NCBI RefSeq assembly: GCF_009914755.1
Contig: NC_060933.1
DNA: 64,000 nucleotides
Source: the human T2T-CHM13v2.0 reference genome, Homo sapiens
Reading direction: 5' to 3' (one strand)
Shown here: in pieces, positions 40,866-57,928 of the stretch
Layout of the letters: the number at the start of each line of letters is the position of its first letter
Position numbering within the stretch: the stretch's first letter is position 1
The notes under the pieces: generated by a model
Seen by the model: the letters and a program-made list of their open reading frames with translations, nothing else
What the model was told of the DNA's origin: nothing
The model's database searches: none
Position numbers and translations under genes: made by a program

Positions 40866-41739
40866 GAATTAAGCATTTAACTTGTATACATCCTTAACAC
40901 CAGTGCTTACTGCTAACCTAATAGTTGTCACAACAGCATGTAGTGATCCAATTGCTTGTTTCCCCACAAAAGACGACGACTTTCTTCGGGGCAAGAACCC
41001 TGCCATATTCATCATCACGGTAACTCCAGAACCTCAAATCAAGTATGACATGTAGACACTAACATTTTATGATAGACAGATAGGAGAGAGGGAGGCAGAG
41101 GAAGGAGCAAAGAAAAAAGATAGACCATCTCAAGTGCAAGATGTAACTGCTGTTAAGCTATTACCCTACAGATATAATAGGATTCTATTTTCCAACATTT
41201 TAAAGTCAGGTATCACTTTTTCTTCCCACTTTCTGACAATATAAGAAAATCCGTTATTAATAATATAAGAAGTGATCAGAAATGAACAAATATATACTTA
41301 AGGTATTTTTTCTTAATTTCCTTTTTGAAAACATAGATTAAAATACTCCATCACTTTGAAAATCTATTTCCAATGGTGGAAGGAGCTATAACAGTAGTCA
41401 TTGTCAGTGTTATTAGGTATGTGGTCTGCCAAAGAAGAGACATTTTATCACTTGGCAGGTATAAGAAATTACATATTGTTAAGGGTCACTGATACAATTG
41501 ACTTTGGTGTATTCGAAGGTCAAGATTTATTGAAAGAGTAGGACACTTAGGATTAAGAAATGTGGATTTCTTTCCAGGTCAGACCATTTGGGTAAGCTTC
41601 TTAAAATTAAACCTCCTTAAGCCTCCACCAAACTTCAGCTGATTCTATATGGGCAGATTTTATTACTAATAATGGTAAATTGTTTGTATTTGTAGGGTTT
41701 TTTAAACCAAAGAAGTCAAATTATATAATAGCAGTAGCA

Positions 41740-41950
41740 ATCACTAGATAATTAATACCTAAGTTTTGAGCACTAACAGTGTGCTTGGCAAAGTGCTAGG
41801 AGATTGACATACATTATTTTTAATCCTTAAAATAACCCATTGAGGAAACATCTTTTGTCCATCCTTTACAGAAAAGGAAGCAGAGGCTTAGAGAAATTAT
41901 AACATACTTAAACCAAATAAATTCCAGAGCCAGAATTTAAATACAGATCA
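41740..41950 (-). mobile_element. MIR remnant
   Basis: ttgagcactaacagtgtgcttggcaaagtgctagg...cctttacagaaaaggaagcagaggcttagagaa. Confidence 0.65.
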
Positions 41951-41964
41951 CTATGATTTTAAAG

Positions 41965-43092
41965 TTTTTGGGTTTCATAACTTGGCTATTGGGAATAATG
42001 CTACAATTAGTGAACATGGGAAAGCAGATATCTCTTTGAGATCCTGATTTCAATTCAATTAATATACACCCAGTAGTGAGATAACTGGACCATATGATAG
42101 TTCTAGTTTTAACTCTGTGAGGGATTTCCATACTGTTTTTCCATAGTGGCTGCACCATTTACATTTCCCAACAGTGTACAAGAGTGCCCTTTCCTCTGCA
42201 TCCTTGCCAAAATTTGTTGTCCTTTGACTTTTTGATAGTAGCTATCCTAATGAGTGTGAGGTGATATCTCCTGTGGCTTTGAGTTGCATATCCCTGATGA
42301 CTAGTGATGTTAAACACCTTTCAGATATCTGTTGACGCTTTTTTTGGCTTTTTTGGAGAAACATCTATTCAGAGTCTTTATTTTTTAATATGATCATTTT
42401 TGCTATTGAATTGGAGTTCCTTATACATTTTGATATTAATCCTTTATCCAATGTATGGTTTTCAAATATTTTCTCCCATTTCATAAGTTGCATTTTCATT
42501 TTGTGGTTGATTCTTTTGCTGTGCAGAAGCTTTTGAGTTTGATATAATCCTACATACCTATTTTTACTTTTGTTGCCTGTTTTTCTGTTTTTGTTTTTTT
42601 TACTTTTGCTTTTGACATCATATCCAAGAATCATTGCAAGGTCAATGTCAAGAAGCTTTTTACCTATTTTTTTTCTAGAATTTTTATAGTTTCAGGTTTT
42701 ATGCTTCAGCCATTAATCCATTTTGAGTTTATTTTTGTGTACAGTGAAGGTCCAATTTCATTCTTTTGCATATGGATATTCAGTCTTACCAAAAACATTA
42801 CCGGAAAAAACTGTTTTTTCCCCATTGTGTACTCTTGGCCCCCTACTAAATCAGTTAACTATATGTGTCTGAGTTTATTTCTGTGCTCTCTACTTACTTG
42901 CATTGGTCTATGTGTCTTTTTATGCCAATATCATACTCTTGTGATGCTTTGTTATATATTTTAAAATCAGTAAGTGTGATACTTCCAGCTTTGTTCTTTT
43001 TTCTCAGAATTGCTTTGGCTGTTCAGGGTCTTCTGCAGTTCCATATGCATTTTAGATTTGTTTTTTCTATTTCTTTTAAAAAATGCCACTAA
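41965..43092 (-). mobile_element. L1MA (L1MA8-10-like) ORF2 3' segment, inverted
   Basis: ORF track 41937-42158 (MVQPLWKNSME) and 42365-42634 (MKWEKIFENHTLDKGLISK) are ORF2p-like on the minus strand. Confidence 0.85.
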
Positions 43093-43094
43093 GA

Positions 43095-43845
43095 AAATGC
43101 CCACTAATGAATGAATGGATAAAGAAAATGTTGTATACACATATAACGAAATATTATTCAGACTTTAAAAAGGAAATTGTCCTATTTGTGAAAACATGAA
43201 TGAATTCAGAGGACGATATGTTAAGCCAGACACAGAAGAACAAAAATACTATATGATACCACTTTATGATAACTCTAAAATAGAGTTCTAGAGCCAGGCA
43301 TGGTAGACCATCTCTCTAATTCTAGTTACTCAAGAGGCTGAGGCAGGAGTATTACTTGAGCTCATAAGCTCAAGGCTGCAGTTAGCTATGATCACACCAC
43401 TACACCCCAGCCTAAGCAATAGAGTGGGACTCCATCCCTAAAAACAAAAAACAAACAAACAAAAAAAAGAGTTAAACAATCACAGAAGAGAAAGTGGACT
43501 GATGGTTGCTAGGAGCTGGGGAGAGTGGAAATATGTAGGCATTAGTCAAAGGGTACAAAGTTTTTGTTATACCAGATGAGTAAGTACTAGAGAGCTACTA
43601 TACAGCATACTGCCTATGATTAATAGTGTATTATATAATTAAAGTTTTGCTACGAGGGTAGATCCTGTGTTCTTATCAGAAAAAAAAATGATAGTAAATA
43701 AAGAGGGCTGCAGGAAACTTTTATAGCTGGTAGACTGTGGTAATAGTTTCAGGGATATATACTTATCTCCAACCTTATCAGGTTGTATACATTAAATACG
43801 TACAGCTTTTTGTATGTCACTCACACCTCAATAAAGTGATTTGAA
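43095..43845 (+). mobile_element. L1MA9-like 3' end, interrupted by an Alu monomer
   Basis: gaatggataaagaaaatg...ggtacaaagttt...gatgagtaagtactagagagct...caggttgtatacattaaatacgtacagc...cctcaataaag. Confidence 0.85.
43271..43468 (+). mobile_element. Alu monomer (FAM/FRAM-like)
   Basis: Single right-arm-like monomer with an (AAAC)n tail; TSD approximately aaaatagagtt/aaaaaagagtt. Confidence 0.8.
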
Positions 43846-45526
43846 GAATAATTATGAAGTTTGTGAATTTTCTTGATAAAACCTGATTATATTCTGCATT
43901 TTAAAGCATTATTACTTATTTAGAAAATAACCACCTCTTTAAAACCAGTAGAATGAAGCCTTGAAGTTTCATGCAATATGAAAGTTTCCAACTTCTTTCC
44001 TGCTCCACAATCTGTGGATATTAAGCTCACATGTAGCTTATGATATTCAAACAAATTAATAACTGCTTCAATGCCCAGGATTTAAAGTGAGATGTAATAG
44101 AAAGTCAAAGTGCACTGACAATCCAAAATTACATATTAGACTACATGTACTTCAGATAATATCTAGGATCTCACATTTTCCATGCATTTATTTTTAAAGC
44201 TCTAGTTATGTTTATTAGGAAAACAAGAAAAGAACAATTACAATAAAGCAGATCTGGAGCATATGATTTCATTTTAAATTGCAGATAAAGTAAACCAATG
44301 GTTCATGACTGTCATTTGTATCCAATTCTGAGTTCCCAGACATAAAAGACTGCTTTTTCATTCTCTTTCACAATCTGTTGCCTTCCCTCCTTCTTTCCTG
44401 TTTTATTTCCTTTGGGAGAGTAAATAAGAGCAATTATTTGATTTTTATTCATTTATTAGCCAGACAACATTTTAACGACATTTATGAAGTTTTAAATAAA
44501 TGCTAAAAATAATCACACACAATCCATTTTCCCCATCCCTATTAGAGATGAGGAGAAAATGAGATAACACAGGTAGACTGAAATAAACACTAAATAATTA
44601 TCTCTGTAATGAATTTTTAAAGTGCACAGAAAGGACAGTGTAACTGAATGAATATGTCTTATCAACACATTCAAAAGGCATTTAAAAGTGAACTGTGATC
44701 TTTAGCCACTATTGCTTCAGAATTGCAAATAGCGAGATTAGAAACCTAGGGCAGTGAATAGCATTAAATTAGGATAAAGAGAAAGATTGGCACTACGTTT
44801 TTGTTTGTTTTTAGTTGAATCAGGGCTGCCCTAGCAGGCATTTAATTTGTGTAAATAAACACGTTGGATGAAAAATAGGATTAATTACCATGTAATCAAT
44901 GGTATTACAAATACCTTAGCCCAATATTCAGGAATCTACACATGAAATCCAAGTTGAAAAGGACCCAGATGGTGACTAAACAAGGGTCACTTTCCTACAT
45001 AGTGACAGAGCCCTCATTAGACACTATTAAGACACACAAAGAAGAAATCTAAGAAGTGGCAACAAGTACATGACTTTTTTATATGTGTTAACTTCAATCC
45101 TAAATACAACTTTCAATTGCACAAATTATTAGGCAAAAATTATTTCTATTTAGCCCACAAAGATAAAGTGTGTATGCCGCAAAACAGGACTTTATGTCTG
45201 TCTGACAAGTTGACATATCTCTTGAATATCATTACTCTCTTGGAACTATATTCTATCTTCCATTGTATTAGCACCCCACCCCCAAAAGTGGTTATCTTCT
45301 GCAAATTTGATGGTGGAAATATTTCTTCCTTTATCCAAGATCCTATTGAGGATATTGCATACAATGAATCTCTGATCTAAGTATGTAGTATTGCTGCTTG
45401 TCATGCTATTGCACCTTGTTGCTTCATCTATTAATACTTCCTATAATTGCTACCTTTATGCTGGCTATTAAAGAGGAGCATAGTAAGCATTATTCTTCTT
45501 GAATATGAGATTAGAAAATAGAGTGG

Positions 45527-45948
<422 letters not shown>

Positions 45949-46029
45949 TCACTCACCTGACACAAAGAATAACTTTTTCCTTCATAAACAGAAAGTAACG
46001 TGATGGCAGAAACTCCCCAAAACATGAAA

Positions 46030-46220
46030 ATGTTCTCTTAAGAGATTCATTTATTCTCCACAACTATCTGTAGAAGCTGATATTATCCTCACTGAATAGA
46101 TGAGGAACATAAGTTCAGTGAGATTAGTAAAAGTTGCCCAAGGCCATGAAACTAATGAGAAGACAGAATGGGGATGCCTAAAACTAAAGCCTGTGATCTC
46201 AACAATGCAAACTGCCTCTC
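46030..46220 (-). mobile_element. MIR remnant
   Basis: tattatcctcactgaatagatgaggaacataagttcagtgagattagtaaaagttgcccaaggcca. Confidence 0.6.
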
Positions 46221-47314
46221 AACCTACCACTTACATTGCCCAGTAACAAGTTCCTTTTGATCATATATTGTATGGCTGTATTCACATATGAAAATTTAAA
46301 TTCAATATAGCCACACTAAATTGGGAGGATTGTTTCTTACACTCAGATTGGAAATCACAGAAGCAAAATGGACATCAGCATTATCACATCCTTTGAGATG
46401 TCTTTAATCTCCAAATTGTATTATTGTACCCCTCCTTCATTTATTCTTTATCACAGTATATATCACTTCATATCAAGATTATCTTCTATTTTGCCTTTTT
46501 CATCTTACCAGACTTTAGGAAGCTAGATATGAATGAAGATGGTTTCTAGTATATGAACATCACTGTATAAATGATTCTTGACTGAACTAGTTGAATTTGC
46601 ATTATTCTGGCCTGCAATTTTGCCAGCCTTTTTGGACTTTTCAACATTTTTAGTCTGTGACAAGCTGCAAAGTGCATGACGCACCATTCAGCTAGCAGTG
46701 TGGTAGACACGTACTCATTGGTAGCAGTGGTGAGGGTAGTCATCTCTTCGTTGACACTCTCAAAAAAAAAAAGAAAAAGAAAAAGAAACAGCTCTTTCTC
46801 TGTCTTCCCACAGCTCTCCTCTCATCCCATCTCCCACCCCAAAAAGGCAAGAGAAGTTAGGGAACAGAAGTTATTCCACATACTAAGGCCCCCTTCACCA
46901 CACACAAAAGGGTCTTTCTGTACTACGTGAACAAGGGAGAATGGGTGTCCTGTGCCTGCAGTCATCAAAGAATATCTCACATAATCTCTGCAAAGTCTCT
47001 TCGAAAACCAGGAAAGATACAGATCCTCAAGGCTCACCGTCACATCACAGACAGATGTGAGATATAACTACCAGCCTCCTGAAATAAGTTCATCAGCTCA
47101 GAAAAGAACAAACGAGACTTGACAACATTCTTGTCAAGAGAATTGATAGGAAAGGCCAGGGCTTTGCCACATGAGTACACACTGATTGTTGCTCAGGGCT
47201 TAGAGAATGATGAGCAAGTAGAGGCTATTTGCTGGGAATGTTAGCCACGAACATTCAGACAAAGAAAAGGATGATTAGAGGAGAACAGTTGTGCACTCTT
47301 GGATGCCACTGTAC

Positions 47315-47359
47315 CTGAGAACAAACTTAATCTTTTCTCTCTGATTTTTTGCAGCTGAT
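47315..47359 (-). other. Candidate 45-nt internal exon
   Basis: Minus strand: a ~50-nt pyrimidine tract ...tttctttttcttccttttag|ATCAGCTGC...GTTCTCAG|gtacag; frame-preserving; two frames are open (SAAKNQREKIKFVL; QLQKIREKRLSLFS). Confidence 0.45.
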
Positions 47360-48280
47360 CTAAAAGGAAGAAAAAGAAAAAAAAAATAAAGAAAATAAAG
47401 AGGAGAAAACTGTACATTTTTTTTCTTTAATTTGTGATAATGTTTCAATGCCAAAGATAAATGTGATGAAAATGCCAAAGAAAAGAACTGTGGAATCTAC
47501 AGCATTCATTGTGTTTATATAGAGATTATGCTTCTGGTTGTTAACAGCCTCCAGAAGGTAAGCAAGTGCTATATCTATGCATTTAAAATAGAGGAGAGCA
47601 GGCACAGTTCCCATTTTTTAGTATAGCAAAATGATTTGGGGGCTGAATATAACTTCCTTTTCCATATAATACAAACTTTACAAGAAGTTACTCTGTAACT
47701 CAGAGTTCATTTTTTTTTCTCTTTCCTTTCAAAAAATCTTCATAACAAAAAGCCACAGGCGAGCGGTTTTTCTATTTCACTGTAATATTTCAACCTGACA
47801 CTGTGATGCAATTAGGATCTTAGAAAGGATTAGCAGAGATATATTCTGCTCTTGCCTTTATATGCTTTAATTATGGTCACAAGTTACCCCCAACTTTTAT
47901 GCCTTCTCCACCCCTTACTGCACACACCGAAACACGCACATACACATTATTTCAGGCTTGAGTGTGAGTTTAGGCTCGATGCATTCAGAACAAAATATAA
48001 TATGCTCTATTTCTCAGGGCTGAAAATACATCAAGTAAAGAAACACAGAGGAAATGCATATATGAATAAATTATTTTAAATGACTGCATTTACAATATTT
48101 CCAATATTATTACATCAATAATGCACCAACTGTATTGGTTAAATGAATTATGGCACAGTCATGCAATGGGCTACTATTGAGGCCATTAATAATGATGTCT
48201 TAGAAGAATATATAATGACTTTCAAAGATGTTCATGATATATTGTTGGCAAAATAAAGCAGACTACAAAACAGCACTTAC

Positions 48281-48301
48281 AGTTTATTCCCAATTGTGAA
48301 A
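48281..48301 (-). other. Candidate 21-nt microexon
   Basis: Minus strand: gattgtattttatag|TTTCACAATTGGGAATAAACT|gtaagt. It lies in what looks like an old L1ME 3' remnant, which lowers confidence. Confidence 0.25.
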
Positions 48302-50146
48302 CTATAAAATACAATCATTTTACTGCTAGTCTCATATGCATCTAATAGCAAAGAGAAATATCTAACCTGAAGTTCTAGAAGGTATGTGTTTTTGAAAAAT
48401 GATCGAAAGAAAGGATATCCACAAAAGTGTTGTTTTTTTCTTTCGGTAGTGGAACTTTTTTCTAGTAAATTTAGCTTAGTAAACTGCATAAGTAGGTCAA
48501 CAATGATAAACTATAAATTCAGGTTGGCTAAATTTTTCCAAAATCAGAGTTTGAAGATTTTTTTAAATAACTTTGCAACAGATAAGCTATTATTGAACAT
48601 TTTTCGAACTAAGCTGTGTTTTCATTAACAGAAATTTCTTACTTGTTATATCTGCCTTCAATAGTAAAGTGATAAAATACAAAATCTAGCCAAAGTCCTA
48701 TTAGTCACCATCAATATAATTGTTAAAATAGACACTCAAAATGCAGAACATGTCTTAATTTGGAGCAATAAAAACAGAAAAAGAAAATATGAGGCAAATG
48801 AAAATTGGTAAAAAATTTATCTCCTTTTGATCGATTTTTCAAGTTTCTCCTTCCCTGTATATATTTTAAGTGAAACTAATTTCAAAATTACATGAAATAC
48901 AACATGTAAAGGTAAATCATTTATGGTTCATAACCTATCTGTCTTCATCTTCTTTTACAGGCAGGTTGAATTATCATTCACTGTGCTTTCCAATGAAGAT
49001 AATTGTGTACCCTGGAAAAACTAGAAATAATTAACATAGCTGCAGAGGAAAATTATCTGACTCCAAGTTTTCTATTTTTTTTTCCTTTGGTAAACTTGAT
49101 TCTGGATTTAAGTTAGTACTGACGCTTATTTGCCATTCAGTGGGCACTAGAAGCCAATGATTTAATGATGACAAGCCATCAAAACTGCAAAAATAGTTAA
49201 GGCTGCCATATATTGAGCCTTTACTCTGGGGTCTTTATTATGCATACATGTATATACACATATATGTATCTATGTATATGTGTGTATGCATAATTTTCAT
49301 AATAATTCTGAGGTATTTTTATCCCAGAGTAAAGATTTAAAGGAATAAAAACATGAAACTGAGGCTTATCCCAATTTACCCAAGATACATCAACAACCTA
49401 TCAGCAGAAGCTGGATCAAGTACAGGTTTGTCACAGAATCTGTACACTAAATGTTGATTTTATACTTCATTTCTGACTAGTGTTTTAAAAACAGAGACCT
49501 TGTCAGTCTGTTTATTTCTCCAAAGTGTCCTTCAAGTTTAATTAATGTGTCTCCCTTAATGTGAAGATGAAGTTATATAGAAAGTGTGATTGGATATACA
49601 TTCAAATTACAATAAATACACCTAAAACTGCAAATAAGCTTGAGGGTGACCATAATGATCATTAACTAATTTTGCTACTAATCCATCATAACTAGGTTCA
49701 AAGTAAGCACAACAGTCCCGTCTTGGAAACGGAATATGTGTTATAAAACAAAGTACCAAATGAAGACTTATAATTAACTGTTTAAATTGTGTATCTTTGG
49801 GAACACATACATTTAAGGTTGATGAAATATTATTGGATCTGTTTATACTTCAGAAGGAAGTGACAGAGAAAAAAGGAAAGAAGATGAGATATAGGGAACA
49901 AACAGAAAATAGGCAGACCCCATATATTATTGTTTTCCCGAGCTCACAGTATCCACTTCATTAATTTTAAGTTTCTGAGACATGACCACTTTGGGTTTTT
50001 TTAAAATTCACGTTGTCAAAAGTGAAAAATAAATCAATGTCGCTGTAACAAAACAAGTCAGAAAATGAGAAAAAAAAAATGACATCTTTCAAGATCAACT
50101 GTTCCACAGAGTACAGAACAAGCTGGCAGTCTGCAGAAGATCATAC

Positions 50147-50163
50147 ATTAACTGGCATAAGCA
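50147..50163 (-). other. Candidate 17-nt microexon
   Basis: Minus strand: branch-like ctaac, then ggtttctttttctttttcttag|TGCTTATGCCAGTTAAT|gtatga; strong acceptor, weak donor. Confidence 0.25.
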
Positions 50164-51719
50164 CTAAGAAAAAGAAAAAGAAACCAAACCTGACATTCAA
50201 TGTATATCCAAGTTAGGAGGCAAAAGAATCCGTTCTCCCTGGGGACTGATATGTTGTGATATCTCTGTATGCAGAAATTTCCTAACCACATCCAAGGTCT
50301 TATTTTATTGTGTCTACCACAGTAAACATTTTGTATCTCTCTTGCAAGAGAACCCACAGCCACAACAAGTCACACAGAAGAGTATGAATAAGAATTGGAG
50401 ATGTCCAGAAAAGCTGAAAGTGCAATTCACTTTCGTCCATTTCTGGACGCTTTGCAAAACAATTCAATAGTGGTCTTTATGAACAGGGAAAAATGCTTAG
50501 AAACTAGATAAAACTTAAGGAAAATGACTACATATAGGATTTCACTCAAAAGACCATCATTTACTTCATCCCTACTACACATATCTTGTTTGCATTTATT
50601 TGAATTTTTTTTTTGCTTATTCAACAAACCTGTACCAATCATCTACAATATATTAAAAATTTTAGTAGGCATTAAAGCACTACAGATGCAATGATAAACT
50701 AAGGTTTTACCTAAAGCACTCAGTCAAGTAAAATGTTGATTCAAAATGTTGATTAGTCTTGAAATACAAATGTATCTCAGAAATCTGGGGCCAAAAGCTA
50801 CTGAATGAGAGTTAAAAATAAATAAAAAGCATGAGATAGGAAGCAGAGAACTTTGGAACTGGAGGTAAAGATAAAAAATAAGAAGTGAGAAACAAAACTA
50901 TTTACAGGAGGATCCTAGAACAGATGGAATTGATTAAGAAAAGGAGCAGGTATTGGAAAGTAAAGCAGGGACAGCTGAACAGACATCACTGGGAGATAGA
51001 GAAAAAAGATATAAGAATGAGACAAAAAAGAGAGAAGGTAAGTGAAAGAGACATAATGATGCATTAACAGAGACATGATAAATATGGTAGAACAAATGAG
51101 GTAGAAAGAATATGAAATAAAGAAAAAGATGAAGAAAAGGAAATATTGATTGGGCATAAGACATTTTGAAACAAAAAACATCCTACCAAAATGTTAAACT
51201 AGCAAGATTATCAGCTCCAATCCCCAAGGTAAACTGCAGAGTATTACAGAGGGAACCCCACTTTAGGAAGAAAATAATGAAGAGCTTTCTGGGGTACATG
51301 AGGTAAGTTAGAGGAACGGGGGTAGTTGTTTAATTGGTTTATCTGAAATAGTGGCTCTAGGTTGGAACAAAGGCAGACCAGCATAGCTATGGGAAGATAA
51401 AATAGAGGTTGTTGACATTCTTTCTTGCTTCTACTCTACCATTGTCTAGGGATAAGTAATACTTGTTCCTACAACAGCAATTCAGATCTACACTGCAAAT
51501 ATCAGCAGGAGAAGGAAAAGGTGGCTTAGGGTAGTTCCTATGCCATTCTGTCTCTTCAAATCTCAGGGCTGGAAATTCCAATCCAAAAAATGTTTCCTTC
51601 TAATTCTGCTCCTATTTGATGGGCTAGGGATTGAGCCCTCCCCTGAGAAATAGTTCTACTGGATAAGGCATGCGGAAGGTGGTTTTCCAAGGCCAGGTTC
51701 TCTTGTATGGCTCATTTGA

Positions 51720-54700
51720 CACCCCTCCTCCAAAGTTCATCTGGCCCCCAGTTTGACACATTGCCTACCATAGTGGACAATGAGCCCAGGAGAAAACGGG
51801 ATCACAGATCTAAAAGCTAAGCCATTTGAGAAAAAAACTATTTTGAAATAAAAAATATGAACCGTATTAAAGGTTCCATCAAAGGCTGAAATTAGAACAG
51901 GTACATCAGAATTCAAAACAATCTCACTAAGTGTACTCAAACTGATAAAAGATTATATTAAATTAGGAAAGAAAAAAGAACAATGAAATATAGTTTTAAA
52001 AGAACCAAGTGGAAGCACTTGGTATGAACAAAATTGTTAAAATGAGAACTACAACAGATAGGAAAAATATTAATAGTAAATTACCACAGATGAGAAACAA
52101 ATTAGCAATTTGAAAATAAAATTGTAGAACTGTCCAAGAAGGAAAAGGAAATATGACATAAAAAATAAAGTTAAAATATAAGGAAGACAGAACAAAAGTA
52201 CAGGTTTCCAGAAGACAGGAGTTCCAGAGAGGGAATATATAAAAGTCAAGAGAAGAAAATATTTGAAAAAAATAAATTCTCTGTGATTAAGAAAAAGATG
52301 AAAAGGGGATGTAATGGGCCCATAGAGTACCAGAGTTTAAAATAAACTCATAACTATAATAAAAAGCATTGACTATTAATGACAAAAAATTTGCAGTTAC
52401 CTTAATAATTTCAAGAATGAAAGAGCAGAGCATATACATAGGAATCAGAACACTGAATAAGAGAAAACAATGGGGGTAATATTTTCTTGAAAATAAATAA
52501 TTTTGAACCAAGAATTTTATATCTGGCCAAACTATTACTCAAATAGGAGATACAGATTTAAAAATATTCTCAGCCATACAAAGCTTCAAAATTTTGCCAC
52601 ATAAAGGCCCACAAGTAAACAGTCTTGGATATTTAAGAAAAAAGAAAAATAAATATAAATACTGCAGGAAATACATGAAGTAAAAGTGAATAAACACCTA
52701 GGTAATGTTTGTTGTAATTTTTTTTTAATTGCTAATACCAAGGGAAAGAAAAACAGAAAAGATAGTGATAAAATCCCCAGAGTAGGTAATTATCAGCATA
52801 ATGGGACAGAAAAAAAACTAAGAAATGTGAGAGCTTTCTAAAATTCTTGTCTCACTAGTGGGAAGTTATAAATCTTAACTTTTATTTAAAAGAAAAAGAT
52901 TTAAAAGAAATAAAGCGGGCTAATTCCTCTAAAAGTTGACTAGATAAGGTAAATAGATGCTCCCATTGAGAGCCACCAGAGAACTTGGAGAAAATATGTA
53001 TTTTAAATGTCTTAAAAGATATTACAGAGCTCAAAAGGCAGTTAGCAAATACAGGGCCAAGACTCAGCAGAAGAAGAAAACACAAAAAGGTGAACTGGGC
53101 ATTTGACACCATTTTTAGCCTGGGAAGCCTCTGCTAACTTGGGAAGAGTGTGGGTCTGGAAGGCTGCGAGGCCCAGCAGAGCCTTCAATAATTTGGGGCC
53201 CAGATGACCAGAGACTATCCAGTCCAGGGCCCACCAAGAAAAGTGGGGTGGCTAATCCATCCCATGATTTGGATTTGCAACCAAGAGAATTTAAGAAAGT
53301 TCTAAGAGAACCTAGAAAAGTCTAAGAATGAACCCAAATGGACTGGACCACGGAAAGACCAAAGCCCAGATAAGTCATTTCAACTCTTACTTGAAATAAG
53401 GTAATCCCTACTTTCAAACAGGACTCATTGCTAGTCCTTCTTGTCTTTAGCCAAAAGCAAACTTTAAATCATCTGATGAAAGACAAAATTAACCTAGGCT
53501 TCAAAACGTCTTTGCAATTTTTTACATACACTATCCAGCAAACAATACAAATAATCGAATGTGTAGTTAGAGCTCAACATGATCATAAAATGAGAAGAAC
53601 AAACAAAAATAGAAAAACACCCAGACGGGATGCTATAGAGTTATTAGACACAGAATCATTGAAAGAATAAATATAAAAAAATATAGTCAGTATAAGGCAA
53701 TGTTAATGATAATCTAATAATAATTTTGTGATTAAAGATACAGATAACCAAAATGGACAATCCCAGAAGAAGAGAAACCTGCGCAACAGGACAAAGTTGT
53801 GACATTCTCAAGTCCTAATATTTCTGGGAAAACAGAAAAGTAAAAATTTATATTAAGCTCTAATAAAGTAAGTATGCAGGCTCTAAGGTCATTGTTGAAA
53901 AAGTAAAATGAGTATTAATGACAAAGAAAATTAAGAACAATTGAAAAAACAAAAATAATCAGCCCAAAAGAAAATAGGAAGAGAGAAAAGACAGCAAAAC
54001 AGACTTGAAACAAATAGGAAGGTAACAAGATGACAGATATAAACACATCATCTGTCTCTCTATTTCACTGGGAATCACATTATTTGTAAACAGACTAAAA
54101 ACTGCAAACAAAAGGATAGGACAGGATTCTCTGACAGGATTTAAGTTTTTAAAAGAAAAGGAGTGCAACAATTTCTGCTTACAGGAGAAATGTTTAAAAT
54201 TTAAAAATACAGAAACTCTGAAAGGAAACCTCTATATACCACACAACTATCAGTCAATAGAAAGTTCGTAGAGTTACATATTACATATAATCATATATAT
54301 AAATATATATTACATATAATAGTGTATAGTACATATACTATATATAAGTAGTCTTTAAGGTAAAATTTATTACTGGAGATATGGAGATAAAGTAGAAAAC
54401 TTCACAGCATATAAAAATTCTAAACTTATTTGCACTTAATAATGTAGTCTTGCAATACATTAAGCAAAAATTAATATACCATGTATAAATGTGAAATCTA
54501 ATCCAGAGATACATAAAATGAGAAATGGGAAATGTGTAAGTACAAAATCACAGTGAGAGATTTTAAAACACATTTGTCAGTAATTACATTTATAAGAAGA
54601 AAAAATCAGTAGATACAAAATATTTGAGCAATATAACAAACAAAATTAACCTCATTGATGTAAATAGAACACTGAACGTAACAACTACAGAATACATTTT

Positions 54701-55078
54701 CTTTTCAAGCAAGCGCAAGTGTACCATTTACCAAAATTAACCATCTGCTGGGCCATAAAGCACGTCTCAACAATATTAAAAAAGGAAATCATGCATATTG
54801 TCTTCTCTCCACAGTGAAAGCAAACCTAGAAATCAGCATCAAAAGTTAACTGACAAACTCTCAGCTGTTCAGAAGTTAAGACTTGTATTTTTAAATAACC
54901 TACAGGTCAAACAAGAAACCACATTGGAAATTAGAAAAAAATTAACTGAATAAAAACAGAAATGTGATGCATGAAAATTTTTGAGATGGAATTATAGCCA
55001 TAGCCATGCTTAAAGAAAAATGTGTAACTGTAGATGTATATATTAGTTTCTGGAAAATATCGCTAAGCAACTTAAGAA
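51720..55078 (+). mobile_element. Ancient L1M (L1ME/MD-like) ORF1 to early ORF2 fragments, probably more than one element
   Basis: ccaagaattttatatctggccaaacta (ORF1 C-terminus); catttaccaaaattaaccatctgctgggccataaagcacgtctcaac (EN region). Confidence 0.7.
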
Positions 55079-55079
55079 A

Positions 55080-57250
<2,171 letters not shown>

Positions 57251-57928
57251 TTCATATGATCTGAAGAGGCCCATATTTATGAGTCCTTTTAATTCAATAT
57301 TTTCATTTTAATAAAACAACTCAGGATTTATATCCAAAGGTTTAAAAAGCTTGTTTGAAAACTTATTAGAAATGTTGAACGTTTATACTGTATATTCATG
57401 AATGGAATATTAGATATTAATATTATGGGTTTTAATTAACATAGGAAACATTTTATAATGGGAAGTGAATGCAATAAATATGTGTGTGTGTATTTGTAAT
57501 GAAGTGAGAAATGGAAGTAAAACAAAAAATGTCTACAATTACCACGTCTACAAAGAGCACCATTTCTTCCTCATATTTTTCTGTACTTTTTGCTCTGGAA
57601 GTATTAAATTATTATATTATATATATATAATATGGTTATATATTAATGTACTGTTTATTTTCTGTCATATTAATTGTGTATGCATGTTACTAATTTATGT
57701 TAATATATAATTTACACATATTATATAATAAATGTGTAATATTATAATGCAATAATATAGGTGAGTGCATATATGTTATATATGTATATCTCCCTTACTC
57801 AATATAAAGATTTATTTGTATTCAAGAGCTCTAAATCCATCAAATCTTTCCAAATTAACAACACTGTCATTTAAAAATTTTGCCCTTTTCACCAACGAGC
57901 ATAGAATTAGGTTGTAGAGAGTAGCCAC

